DNA of 64,000 bases, taken from Spongospora subterranea f. sp. subterranea (Eukaryota). A program made the translations under genes and the position numbers. Location: contig JAUGWO010000067.1 in assembly GCA_049724395.1 (NCBI GenBank), positions 1 through 64,000 of the forward strand, given 5' to 3'. Shown in pieces: positions 10,310 to 24,912 of the stretch. The notes beneath the pieces were generated by a model that was given only the letters and a program-made list of their open reading frames with translations, did no database searches and was not told the origin of the DNA. The first letter of the stretch is position 1; every line of letters starts with the position of its first letter.

Positions 10310-13214
10310 TTATTCCAACCTACTCTCAGCTTTTAATCGCTCCAACACTTGTACAAATTGAGCTTTATCCACGAATGGGCTTTTTCTGACAGGATTTGAG
10401 TAGAAAAGATCTCCAACGTCAGACGAAACCGATAATGGTGATCGGTCTCGTGGCGAAACATTCCTGGAACAAGGCATGTTTGTTTCGATATCAGATTGCA
10501 CATAAATTTTAGATCGATCATGCTGTCGATGCCTGAGAGAAATCATCGCCTCGTCAAGCTGGGGAGATATCAGTTCTAGCGGTGTCTGCCTTGGTGAGCA
10601 AACAACCGATTCAGCCGGCGATGTGGTTTGGCTGGATTCCGACTGGTGGCGCCGCAATCTTTCGATTAAATAGCGAATCTGACGTTGCAATGGGTAAGCA
10701 TGACATGTCTATAGAGCTAAATCCCGAACCTGTGCGTCGCGTTCTTCAAGCTGAAATTTTAACGCTTCGTGATCAATGGCGGAGCGCCGCTGAGTTTGCA
10801 ATTTAGCCATTTCTTGAGAAACAGATTGCACTAAAGCAAAAAATTAGCCCATGTTGTAAAATTCAGTAGCGCGACAACCTAATTTCGACAAATGCGAACT
10901 ACTATGCTTCGATTTTCGAATTTGCTCAAGTTCGGCATCTCGGATACGTATTTCTTCTTCAAGTAAACTGTTTCGCTGTAAAAGATTTCGTTCCCTATCG
11001 CTGAAAATGGTCGCGAGAGTTGTTTCATTGTTGATCGTCTGAGTGGACGAAACCTATTCGGTCAAATGTTTATCCCATAATCGGCGTATAATCATAAACG
11101 CAGCAGTACCTGACTAGGTCGAACTGTGGAAGCTTCTTTGGCAGGTGCTAGTCTATGGCGGACTAACGACAAGACGCTCTCTTCAAGTAGCGCTTTTCTT
11201 TTTTTCAAGCTGTTAATATCTGTTGTTAACCGCAAACGTTCCTCATCAAGGTCTCGAATCATCGCTCGTTGCAACGAGGGCCGTTCGTGCGGCAAATGAG
11301 TGGTACGACTTTCTACCTCGGCATCTTCTTCAAAATGAGAATTCCCCCTCTCCTACACTCGTCAGCGGCTATTAACAATTAGGAACAGATATGGCTCTGA
11401 CCACGTCGGGGTTAGCCTTCCGTGCTGCTGCTAATGCAGTCCTGAGTCGGCCATTAGCCAAAATAACGCGCCGTAACCTGATCTCCATCTGAGTCTTGGC
11501 TGACTTGATGTCTCGAGAGGGTGCGTTTTCATGACTGCTATCAAGCACGACAATTAGCAAAAATTCGACATTCTTTGAAAAATGAACCTGAGATTATCAC
11601 CAGCGTTAGCGAATAATGCAAGCTTACAATGTACAGCTCCCAATTCTTTCTCAAGTTCTGCGATTTTTTGTTCCGATAAGTGAACGGCGCGTTCAAGTTC
11701 CTAAAAAATGTTGGTAACCAAAACCGAGCAGCAGATGTCCATAGACTGACAACTGAAGTAAACCACCTCTGGGTTAATTCTTCAGCAATTGGGAGTAACT
11801 GAGTTGTGGTTGTTTGCCAAGGCTCAAAATCATTAACTGTTTTAAACAATCCAAGTTGCTCAATACTACGAAAACGTTGCATTTTCGCTTCGAGAAGTCC
11901 TCGAGCAATCTACGAAGAGTGGGTTACAAGCAGCGTTGAAATTGCAATGACCCACTTTTAACTGATGATTTAGTGTTTTTTCCATTTCAGCAACTCGACT
12001 TTCAGCGGCAGCACGAGCATCTCTTTCCTTAATCAGCTCAGGCGACTCTTGCTCATTCTCCCGACTTTCAAGCATTGTAAAAGTCTCTGCCTGAAACAAT
12101 AAGCTAAGAAAACATGCCCGAAAAGTTGGCGGGAAACGACAGCATACTTGCTGTTCGAGATCGGCAAGTCGAACTTGATACTTCGAAATAGTCTCGGTAT
12201 TCTTCTTGATAACGGCAGATAAATCTTCCAGCTGAGCCGATTGCTGTTCATCGTTTCGTACGAGCTCTTGAAGTCTGGTGCGAAGGCTAAGCATGATCCG
12301 TTCGTCTTCGCGAAGCTGTGCTTCAGCGTCCGATAGTTGCTTCAACGTTCCTGACAGCGCAAGCACGCCACCAAAAAATAAGTTACAAAAAATGCAAAGT
12401 GTATTTCTTCATTCTGTACCAGAATGAAGAATAGACACAGCTTCAAGCTTCTGCTGTAACTGATTTAAAACTTCACGTTCAAAGCGCTCGGTCGCTGTTT
12501 TCCTGTCGGCTATAAGCACAGAATCACCATCTAAAACATCCAAGCTGGAAGGAAATTGGAGAACGTTTGTGATGTTAACATTGAACTGATTACCTTGGGA
12601 TCGCAAAAATCACAAACTGTCGAGCGTGAGGCAATTTCATCATCGGATTGCCATCGATACAGAGTCTGGTCAGGTTACCAGTACTGGCAAGCGCATGTAC
12701 GTCGTCAAGCTGACAACTGTCAGAGATGAAACGGAGAGATGGGAAGCTTTGCGTACTACACTGATTTTGTTTCTGGACAAGCGGAAATCCATCAGACGAC
12801 GATTCTGCTTCATCGTCGAAGGAATTGTTTGAATTTGATTGCCCGATAAATCTAGTACTTCCAAATTTGATAAAGACTCTAGTCCTTCGATAAGTTTCAC
12901 TCGATTATCGGATACATTCAACACGCGAAGGAATCGGAGGGCCGACAGGTTTTCCAATCGTGCGATTGCATTGAAACTCAGATTGAGCTCTCGACATCGA
13001 GGGACTAACTCTAGCTTCTCTATTCTCTGCAGCCACGAGATTAACACTGTCCACCTAGGAATACGAAAACAAAAAAACAAGACACCTTGATCTGGCCACG
13101 TCTGTCGGAATTGGCGCGGTAATGCAGGTCGACATGAGTGGCGGTCGGCAGCGTCTTGCCCTGTCCGCCGATGGCGTGCTGCAGTACGGCCACACTGATA
13201 TAGCAGACCGTCAT
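10310..13214 (-). CDS. Multi-exon leucine-rich-repeat plus coiled-coil protein, centriolin-like
   Basis: Exon 1 MTVCYISVAVLQ...GQIK splices to RIEKLELVP..LNLSFNAIARLENL..LNVSDNRVKLIEGLESLSNLEVLDLSGNQI (SDS22-type LRRs), followed by several coiled-coil exons. Confidence 0.7.
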
Positions 13215-15416
13215 GGCTGGCTCCTGCTACCAGCCGCAGAGAACGGCGGCGCCTTGATCTCGCCCGAATATCTGCGAGCGGTTAGACGAATGGCGTCTTA
13301 TCCCACGACATTGCGTCGAATGATGATGATCAGTCTGCTGAGTGCAGTTCCCACGTTTCAACCATAATAGCGTCCCCGGAAAGGATACAATAACAGCCGC
13401 CATCTCTGTCGGCAATCGGTCGGTCCAGACGAAATTTGATAGCCTGTCTGGTCCAGCAATCCTGCTGTCGCCGTTGGCGGTGGACGAAATCAGAAGACGC
13501 GAAAGGGTGTTCATCACAACCCCGTTATTGCTGGGGGCGTGTGGAGAATGCCAACGGTTTATTTTTTCATTATTTTTAGCCAGATGTTGGATGACTTTAT
13601 CCAACAGAACCTTCATCGACCACAATTTCGAATTCGTCAAGATCGCCAACATATTTGTCTTGAATTTTCAGAAAGGCGGGCTAACAAGCCGAAACTGATC
13701 TTGTTCGTCCTCCAGTACTTCCTCGTCAATGTTTTTCAGTTCGGTGGGATCATTATGGAACCCAACGACGCCAACATTCCAACGAATGAGCCCATACGTT
13801 TTTTTAAATGACTCTTTGCAACTGGGGCAGCGTTGAAGGCATCGCGACCTGCCGTTGACATGTTCCACGTCCTATCCGAATTCGTTGTTTGTGACGAACA
13901 CGTTTTCACGTCTTGTGATTCCTTTCACCGCCCGATCGAGAAATATCCGATCACAGCAATTCAATTCTAGAGACGGCGCCAGCGGATTGCTGTGAATTGC
14001 CAATAGCACCTTGCTCAAAGTTGCAGTTTTGCGATATCGATTTGCACCCCAGCCTGCTTTGTCGACATAAACAGGGATCCCTCTTGGTGTATTGATAAAC
14101 AATATGGGAACTGTTGCAGCAATGCTTCGCCTTGGGATGGTTCCGATGGGATGATGCGGTGCAGAGCCTTTCGACGTGCGTTCCCATGGCGTTGACTGAG
14201 ATCGCGGCTCATCTGGTTGAATAAAGGGTTTTAGAATCGGGAGCCAATTGATCGAAAACGTTTTTGTTGCGATCAAAACTTCGTCAGGAACAGATGCCAC
14301 GTTGAAAACGTCGTTCAAAAAATACCCAATGGCCGCGCACGATGGTTGTACAGTAACACCCGCCAAGGCCGTTGTTCCCTTCCAATGGTCGATATCTAGA
14401 ACAAAATGTCGTGTAGGTCGTGGCCGATGGTGACGTTTTTAAGATTTCTCGTCGTGCGATGGCGTTTGGCATGGGAACCAAGGCGGACTTCAACAGTAGA
14501 TTGAACGGCGAACACACATGTTGACCAGCGCGTTTTGGTAAATACAATCAGCCAATACTGTTTGCTCACAAAAGTGTCGTTGCTCTCCAGAAGATGAGCA
14601 TAGTTGACAATGTGATCGAACGAAGCTGTTTTTTTTGGACCTTGCAGTTTCCTCCAATCCACACCGACTTCGTTGAACCCGCACGGTGCACAGCCAAAGG
14701 CAAATACAAACCTATTGCTTTCCAGCGCCATTTTTTGTAGCGATTCACTACATTTGGAGAGTCAGTAGAAATTCGGCTGTCACAAGGAGACTCAGCTCAC
14801 CAGTTATGATCGCTATCGTTATTGTTCTCCAGCGGGGACATCATACGACGATCTCACCCGTCAAGGTCGATGCGATTCCGGCCGATAAAGGAGGAGCGTT
14901 GACCAGAATTTTCCGATACGCGCATGGGGTTCAGAACTGTTTCCAAGGAGCGATTGGAGGGAAAATCGTGGCCGTAATCGGCGCGTGGTTGGTCAAATCC
15001 AGGGCACCGAAGTCAGATTGGTCCAACGCCACATGGATTCATACGCACCATGTTGTAGGCATTCGTGATGCTGAGCAATGTCACAGAGAAATCCACCAAA
15101 GAGTATTACACTTCTTGGTGACAAAACGCAATTATATCTAACCAAAGAACTCTGCCCGAACTGCAATATTGATGCAATTATAATTGTTTTTGCAACATTG
15201 GTTCGAATTCCAGTTTGCACCTCCTCCTATAGATCCAACCGGTCCGTTTTGTTTTTTTCCAACAATGCAAGAGTTCTTGCGCCAGCGCCAGCGGCCTGAT
15301 TCTACAGTACAGTTGAATCGTACGTACAAAAAAGTGTACGTTGGATGGATGAACTGGCATGCCGACTGCTCTGAACAACTGCCCGAGTGTGGTTAGGTAC
15401 ACTTGACCGGCTTATC

Positions 15417-15482
15417 CGACTGGTGTACAGTTAGCGTTCGACTGGTGTACAGTTAGCGTGCGACTGGTGTACAGTTAGTGTA
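15417..15482. repeat. 22-bp tandem repeat x3 (cgactggtgtacagttagcgtt), ~150 bp upstream of UAP56
   Basis: Units start at 15417, 15439 and 15461. Confidence 0.95.
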
Positions 15483-15633
15483 CAATATGTGGAGAGGCGA
15501 TGCCGTGGCGCAGTTTCCTTAATTGAGGACGGTATCGGTGATATCGGTCACACACAGTATTGTCGTTAGTCGATTAGTGTGGTTTAGAGAAGTCGTTGGC
15601 GGTGGTGTTATTGGAACGGCTGGGAAAAGCGAC

Positions 15634-17196
15634 ATGGCGGACGACAAGAACTTGAATGATGAGGACCTAGTCGAGTACGAGGAGGAGGAGGTCGGGGAGA
15701 CCGTCAAAGGCGCTGGGGCCGCCGCAAAAGAACTGAAAAAGTAAGCAGATAACTGCGGCCAGATAGCGTCCATCTCCGTGTCAATCTACCCCATCTGGAG
15801 GAGGACGGGCCTCATTTTTGGAGACTTGTCGAGACCGATATCAATTATGTTCATCAGGGGGTCCTATTCCGGCATTCACGCATCTGGTTTCAGAGATTTT
15901 TTGCTGAAACCAGAGTTACTTCGGGCTGTCCGAGACTGCGGGTTCGAGCATCCTTCAGAAGGTCATTAATCTCCATCATTTTACGTCTAATTATTCTAAC
16001 GCTTCAAATTACAGTTCAACACGAATGTATCCCTCAGGCTATTCTTGGCATGGATATTGTTTGCCAGGCTAAATCTGGAATGGGGAAAACCGCGGTGTTC
16101 GTCTTAGCTGTTTTGCAGCAGTTGGAACCCGAGGCGGGCGTTGTCGATACATTAGTTCTTTGTCATACTCGCGAGCTTGCCTATCAGATCTGCCAGGAAT
16201 TTGAGAGGTTCAGTAAGTATTTTCCGGATGTCAAGACCGCTGTCCTTTTTGGTGGAATCAATATCCGTGAACATCGTCGAATGTTGAAGGAGGACACTCC
16301 CCATATTGTGGTTGGCACACCTGGTCGTACTCTTGCCCTTGCTAATGAAGGAGCGCTCAAGCTTGACAAACTTAAACGATTTGTTTTGGATGAATGTGAT
16401 TCACTGCTTGAGTCCCTAGATATGCGCAAAGATGTTCAGTCAATATTCAAACACACACCCCACGAAAAACAGGTACGTTCAATATATACAATTTCTGTGT
16501 GCATTGTTGTTTATATTTGTTTTATTAGGTCATGTTGTTTTCAGCAACAATCTCGAAAGACATGCGCGCCGTATGCCGTCGCTTTGCACAACATCCGTTG
16601 GAGATTTTTGTCGATGATGAATCCAAACTGACTCTGCACGGTCTGCAACAGCACTATGTCAAGCTCAGTGAATCGCAGAAAAACAGGAGGCTTAACCAGT
16701 TGCTGGACGACCTGGAATTCAACCAGGTATTCTTATATGGGCTGCGTAGTTCCTCAATATTTTTTATTAACGTTCTACTTAGGTTGTCATCTTCGTTAAC
16801 TCTGTTCATCGCGCGTCAGAGTTAAATAAGCTGCTAAATGAATGTGCGTTCCCTTCTATGTGCATTCATTCCCGAATGAAGCAAGAAGAGCGTATTGAGC
16901 GGTACAACAAGTTCAAAGAGTACAAATCCCGTATTCTAGTTTCGACTGACATTTTCGGACGTGGTGTTGATATTGAACGTGTCAATATCGTAATCAACTA
17001 TGATATGCCCAAGGAAAGCGACACTTATTTGCATCGTGTCGGTCGGGCTGGTCGTTTTGGAACAAAAGGGCTTGGAATTTCGTTCGTGAGTTCAGAAGAA
17101 GATTCAACTGTTTTGGAACAAGTCCAGTCTCGTTTCGAAGTCGAAATCACCGAATTGCCCGACAAGATTGATTCTAGCACGTACATGACGGCCTAA
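15634..17196 (+). CDS. SUB2: DECD-box RNA helicase UAP56/SUB2/DDX39 (5 exons)
   Basis: [84 protein letters not shown]. Confidence 0.97.
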
Positions 17197-18220
17197 ATCT
17201 ATGTTTCCGAAATCGTTTCTTGGGCCTTTATGCGGAATGACAGGGCCGCATGTTTGATTATAAATCCGGTCATCCTATTTCTTCTGTTTCAGCATGGATT
17301 GTTTCTTTCACATTGGGCGTAAACAAGTCAGGTATCAAAGCGTATAGGTTTCGAGGCCGTTTGCTGGAAGACGCTGATTTTCAAAAATGGACGGATTTTC
17401 TGCATTTCTGCGAATCATGATTAAGCGACTAACGCATCAGATGTTGCCGTAATGAGTTTACGATCAGGTTAAAAGTATATTTGGTAGCCCTCGATTTTTG
17501 ATGTAATAAACACGATTACTGTAGAATCAACTTTGACTCCGCTTGAAGAAGAGCGCATTTTTGAAAATGAGATCTCATGCAAGCATCCTTGAACTTCGAA
17601 CGAGGAGTTCACAACTCAGAATCGTGCTGTGTCATTTGATGATTGATTGTACTGTATCAACACACGATTGTGGAACTTGCTGAAATTCACCTGCAGCACA
17701 TTTGTGTGTTTGTTACTCCCAGGAACCAGCGAAGGCAATTGATCGTAACGACATAAAGGTCACTTACGTTGAGTGCATCATGATGAACTCACTCCAGCAC
17801 GATGTGATTCTTCATCGATTGAGTTAAACAATCCTCCTTTGTAGTAATCTCTGTTCAAGATAGGTAGAGCAACGGGAACTCATTGGCACCAGAGTACTGG
17901 AACATTGCACCCTTAGGGCATATCATGTCCAGTTTATTTTGGAAATTGGGAGTCGCTAATAATCCTTGAACAAAACATATGATGTAGGCCCGCTTCCACG
18001 CTAAGGGGGGCATCGACATTCCCCTTTGATTGGCGCTGAAGCAAAGATACTGCTTGAGCGGCGTTATTGCAAAGCAAGGAACTGTCTTGATGGTTCTCTC
18101 CTGCAACGGAAGCCTGTTATATTGAACGGTAGTCTAGTAGCTATAACCAAAATGATGAGCGCGACACCGATACGTTCAGACACATTCGCTCATTGTTGAA
18201 ATTCAACAAACCAACACTGT

Positions 18221-18295
18221 TATGGTTAACAACACACATCTATTGCTTCTATACTTCCTGATATGGTTAGCAACACACATCTACTGCTTCTATTC
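18221..18295. repeat. Tandem duplication, 41-bp period x2
   Basis: tatggttaacaacacacatctattgcttcta at 18221 and tatggttagcaacacacatctactgcttcta at 18262. Confidence 0.85.
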
Positions 18296-18332
18296 TAACC
18301 CAGATAAATAAATACAAGGATGTTTATAATTC

Positions 18333-19532
18333 TTAAACGGCTGGGGTATCGATATAAGGCTGGCGTTCATTAAGAATGTTCGTTATAAAAATTTCTCCAG
18401 CGCGGTACGATGATCTGACCAATGGGCCACTTGCCACGTACTTGAACCCCAGTGCTTCGCCTGAATTAGGACGTTAGTGACTGATTCAAAAAGTGGCGTT
18501 CTTATTATGGCGATGGTGTCCATTGTGACGTGATTGCAAAACACAACTAACCTTCGGCTTTGTAATATTGGAATTTTTCTGGAGTGACGAACGACTCAAC
18601 CTTCATATGACGCCGAGTAGGTTGCAGATATTGACCTAAAGTTAAGACAGAGACCCCTACGGCCAATAGGTCTTTCATAGTTTGTCGGAGATCGTCTTCG
18701 GTCTCCTCCAACGCCAAGCATGATTGATGATTTGGTGACCAGGTCTGGTTGTGCCTGAAAACAATAAGTTGCAAATAATAAACCCTCAGACGAGTAATGA
18801 ACCTGTTTAGCGAGTTCAAGAACACGCAGACTCTGACGATATTTGGCGCGATAATCTCTAACTTGGGGAGTGCATGCCTCAGTTGTCTCAACATTATGAG
18901 CGAACACATCCAGTCCCGACTTTGCGACAGTTTCGATTCTAGATTGATCTCCTGAAAAATCAGGCGTTAAACATTCCACGTATAAACGTTGTTCCGTCTT
19001 CTTTAGTTCTTTTACGGTGCGAGCAATATGAGCAGCCCCCTAACACTCCACTCAAGAAACGATAATGAAAACTGTAGACGCTAACCTGATCAGGAAGATC
19101 ATCTCGATCGACCGAAGTCAAAACAACGTAATCAAGACCCCATGAATGAATTGCTTTAGCAACTTTTAAAGGTTCATCCTCATCCAGGGGAGGGGGCGCA
19201 CGTGATGTTTTAACAGAGCAAAAGCGACAGCCGCGAGTGCAAGTATCGCCCATCAACATAATTGTAGCGGTGGCCGTTCCTTTCGCCCCGCCCCAACATT
19301 CACCGATATTCGGACACCTGGCTTCCTGGCAGACCGTTGCTAGGCCGAGAGTCTTCACGGTCTCGCGAAGTCGCTGGTAGTTGGGCCCGTCCGCCGGCTC
19401 GACTTTCAGCCAAGACGGCTTCGGGTATCGAATACGTGGCCGGGCTGGCATAAACGACTCCAGCGACGGGCCGGTACTTACTTGGGAACTAAAACGACAA
19501 ACATGACGAGAAGCGTTCCCACGATTGAACAT
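18333..19532 (-). CDS. LIP5: Lipoyl synthase, mitochondrial (radical SAM); apparent 1-nt frameshift near 18705
   Basis: [55 protein letters not shown], last exon [15 protein letters not shown]-terminus resembles a presequence. Confidence 0.96.
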
Positions 19533-20351
19533 GACCGGAAGTGATTCAAAACACGACGGGGGGTGAACATTAGATTAGATGGGAAACAAAACAGAAAGTA
19601 AAAGGCCGCGCGGCCGCAGATCCATTGCTTTCCCGTGGGACAGTACTGCGCACGATACGAATGAACACGTTACAGTACTGGATTTCTCACGTTGAAATTG
19701 TTACTCATTATGGGAAAACGATCAATACTAGATCTGGCGCTAATCGGCGAATGGTGTCCGGAACCGTTGAAAGTGCGACATCAGATACTCCGCTCAGTTG
19801 TTGTGGGGAACTTGGGAAGTTATTGTGTCCGGTTCTGCGTATCTGGATTGATGCACTGTTGGTGATCGTGAAGACTTTGTACTGTCTGCTGATTTGTGGG
19901 AAAAGTGTTGAATAAGTTTTCGAAAATTCTATTTGATACTGTAATCGTACAACCGCTGACTACCTGGGTTGTCGTATCTATCGCAAACAGAAGTTTGCCT
20001 CGAAAAGATTTACGACGACCATTGCCCCTCATGTCCGGGTCCGGGGTCCTCAGCGACTTTAGGCGCCGATAAAAAATGTATAAAATCAAAAGTGTAGACT
20101 TTGCGTAAGAGAGTACATTTTTCAACTCAAGCCCCTGTTCCGGTGTCTTTCCATCAGGTGCAAGCATTTGTGTTTCAATTGCCAATTGGCTGCGATTACA
20201 GGGAGCGTGCCAGTCTGCACTGAACTACAATTGGCGTTCACTAATCCCTATACACATGACTGCTCTCCGTATCTTCGGCGGTACATGAACTCTACAGAAC
20301 TGCATGTAGTGGATAATTTATGTGAGACAATATATAAGGATGAGCAAATGA

Positions 20352-21765
<1,414 letters not shown>

Positions 21766-22382
21766 TTTCTGATTATGATCGTTCGCTGAGCGGCGTTCAA
21801 AACGATCTAATTTGTTCACTGGGTACTGTACTCAATATTGACTGTGAAAGTTTTGTCTCCGAACTGCGCGGGGTAGTTGCCACAATTTGAAACAGCAAAA
21901 ATTCCAAATGGCCGATCTAATTTCTGGCTTTCGTTCTTGAGGTATTATCGCTGGCAACCAGGACATAAATTTGATCGCGGTTCCCCAGCCCGGCAGTCAG
22001 GACTGCTGTTTTATCAATGTTTCATCACATCCCGCTTGCAAATATACAACCTCATTTTGCCATTTCGTAGCAACAGCCATGACGGGGAGCAGGGAATGAT
22101 AACCTCACTCCTGGTTCACAGTAGTAGTTTTCTTTCTTTCACTATTCCATTTTGGTTAAGAAGCTCGCTATGTTTTTCCTAGTCACCTGGCTCCTGCGAT
22201 GATAGCAGACGTGTTTCTTCGAATGAGAATTATGCCGCACGTGACGTACAAGAGAGAAGTAAAAGAAATAAGATTTATATGTTATACTAAATTAGCTCAG
22301 ATACAGGTACAAAAGATGAAGTGTACAATGTGAAACTTGAATTTGATCTTCAAACCACACGCTCAAAAATGGCATGCACTTC

Positions 22383-22775
22383 TTATGTGGAACAGGTGGG
22401 TGCATAGGTTTGTTGAACCATGCTGATAGGACTGGCTTGTTGCGCCAGTAACATCCTTTTCTTCTCAGTCTTGCTTCGCTTTTGTTTGTTGGTTTCGGCA
22501 ATGCAGAGCAAGATGGTGGCCGCTTTCCACAATCTTTGGTCTTCCATTCCATCAGCTCCACACAGCTCGAGTTCGCCTGCTCTTTTCATCAGCATTCCCC
22601 TGTTGTTATCAAGCTCCACCGCGTAGAATCCGTGCCCACTCCTTTTGATGACACCAACTTCGCCTCGGTTCTTGGCGCTAATTACCTCAACCCTTTGGCC
22701 AATCCAGCTAGCCGTTCCGAAGCACCTTTTTGGGTCTACTTCTTCCCATGTATCTTGCTGATTGCACTGCTCCAT
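22383..22775 (-). CDS. Small hypothetical protein with a KOW/SH3-like beta motif
   Basis: ATG at 22775 (MEQCNQQ...). IGQRVEVISAKNRGEVGVIKRSGHGFYAVEL resembles a KOW motif. Gene structure uncertain. Confidence 0.5.
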   Translation of the reverse strand: MEQCNQQDTWEEVDPKRCFGTASWIGQRVEVISAKNRGEVGVIKRSGHGFYAVELDNNRGMLMKRAGELELCGADGMEDQRLWKAATILLCIAETNKQKRSKTEKKRMLLAQQASPISMVQQTYAPTCST

Positions 22776-23807
22776 GAAAGTAAACGTAGCCAGTTCGACA
22801 AACGATGATACGCCGACAACCGGGGCGATAACGCAGTGAGGCAGCAAGCTACTGTATCACCAGCGACCTCAGTCTTTACTCTAGAATACGCACTGATTTC
22901 CCAAGCCGGTTTAGCCACGGCACGTCCACGATACGTACATACGTAAAAGGGCAGACATCAGGACATACGGTTTAAGGAAACGTGACGTGATCGCACTACA
23001 CGCACGGACATGCCCCATGGGTCCCAATGTCCCGTAACCGACTTGCAACTGTCGTCCAGTGGCAGTGGCGGACCGGGCTCAGTCAACCTTTCATGCACAC
23101 TATTGCCCTTGGTTCCTGCGCTGGCTGGCAATCGGGAGGAAATAAGTCCCACGTGAGCACTTGAGTATCGGCAGCTTAAATGGTGCCCAGCACTGTTGCT
23201 GGCATGATATCAGCTGCGTGCTTATCAGGTTTTCAAGACACGCAATCTGTGTCGTCGACAATGGCCTCAGCACTTCAGTTTGGAATCCTTAAAGCGATGA
23301 AACACATCATAATCAAGCGGGCCAGGTTCATTTTACCTGCTGCACTTGTAGTGGCGACTTTGTTATGTTCTGATTAGATTAGGTCTCATCGCCCACACTC
23401 TGGCGCGACTTCTGATTGAGACACGCCAGATGCGTTGGGGCATTTGCAAGTGATCAACGGTCGAGCGCCTCGTGCATTAGATTGTTCATGCAGTAGAACT
23501 GTTGCTCCAATTACATCGAAATTGTAACAACTGCGGTGCTGCTTGGCAACTCAACAGAATTTTGATGCGAGCCAGGATCGACCTACTGAGAAAAAAACTG
23601 ACCATCTTTCCGGCGGATGGCCCCTTTCTGAACCGCGAGTTCCCGGGTAATAGCACCAGCGTTCCATTCATGTTTGAACTGAAATCAAGCTCTATTTGGT
23701 CCTTGGCCTGTGGTTTGGTTCAAAAACTATTGTTGCCCATACGAATATGGTTTTTCATTGTATAAAGCTTAGCATCCAGGCAAATATTAAACACATTGCC
23801 TCGTATT

Positions 23808-24524
23808 TTATACTATCGGATCTGGAATTTCAGGTGTGATGGGTTTCAATTCTTGGTGTGGTAATGTTTCGATGATTGTAGTTGTGGCCGTCTTAGAATT
23901 TTTTACATTGGAGCGGATCGATAAGAATGCCGTCCATGGGAGGTTAACCTGAGCGGCGTCAGTATAAATCACAAACACGAAGAGGTTGGTGTCCACCTAC
24001 CAAATTAATGAACACGATTCTGTACGACGAGGGTACTAACACCATGTTGATCACCTGAACAAGCGGCCAAACGGCCCAGTTTACTTTCAGCGTCGTCCAC
24101 AAATCGCTTTTTATGGCTGTCACCGCCTGTGTGACACCTCCGCCTTGGCAGATAGTTGTCCACAAATACATAAAGCATAGGATCACCGGCGACCAAAGTG
24201 ATTGGTCAAGTACAACTTTGGCAAATACGGGCCAGTACGTCTCACCTGGAAATAGTTTCTCTAATGCAGGATACCTAATAGCAACAACCTCTGTTAACTG
24301 GTGAAATGTCCTTCAGCCATCAACTACCAGAGATACGCTAACGGGGAAAAAACCAGAACCGCGAAACCTGTATGCCTTGCAAGTCGTAGAGGTTGGAATT
24401 GCTGCTTTGGGCGAATGATAACCTGAGCCAACACATCGCCTAAAGCCCAAAGTACTCCTGAACTGACCACCGTTGTCAGTAAGTAATTATCCGATTGCCA
24501 TTGCTGAAACTTTTCCATGGTCAT
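23808..24524 (-). CDS. Mpv17/PMP22 family membrane protein (3 exons)
   Basis: LWALGDVLAQ, AKVVLDQSLWSP, NWAVWPLVQVINMVLVP..YRIVFINLV..W.AFLS. Confidence 0.93.
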
Positions 24525-24912
24525 CACGCTACAGCACCGCTTGATATCTGAACAGATTCGTGTAAAGGGTTCCCTGTCCTTGATATGTGACCCGTTGAGT
24601 ATCCACACGGTCTAAGTTGTGTGTCGGTGTCAATGCGTCAGTACATTTTCCTTTAAATCATCTGCGATTCATATATTAATCTTCAGTTCGAAAGCTTCAG
24701 CAAACGTACAACTTTTAACACCGAAATGGTAACCATATTTGAGATCGACGAATGCCTCATGGTTACAGCTCTCATTGGAAGATGTTTTTGAGGACTGATG
24801 TTCTTGACACGAAACGTCCTGACATCTATCAGAATATTAATCATAATCACCACCCCTACCGTGTGAAGTTAGTGGCTGGCTGCATTAATCGTCAAATACA
24901 TATACAAATTAT

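Noticed and set aside
15190..15222. ggttcgaattcc resembling a tRNA T-arm
   Set aside because: No D-arm, anticodon arm or correctly spaced acceptor stem.
19625..20340. Short ORFs between lipoyl synthase and WDR5
   Set aside because: No recognisable motif or consistent exon structure, so a gene call cannot be supported.
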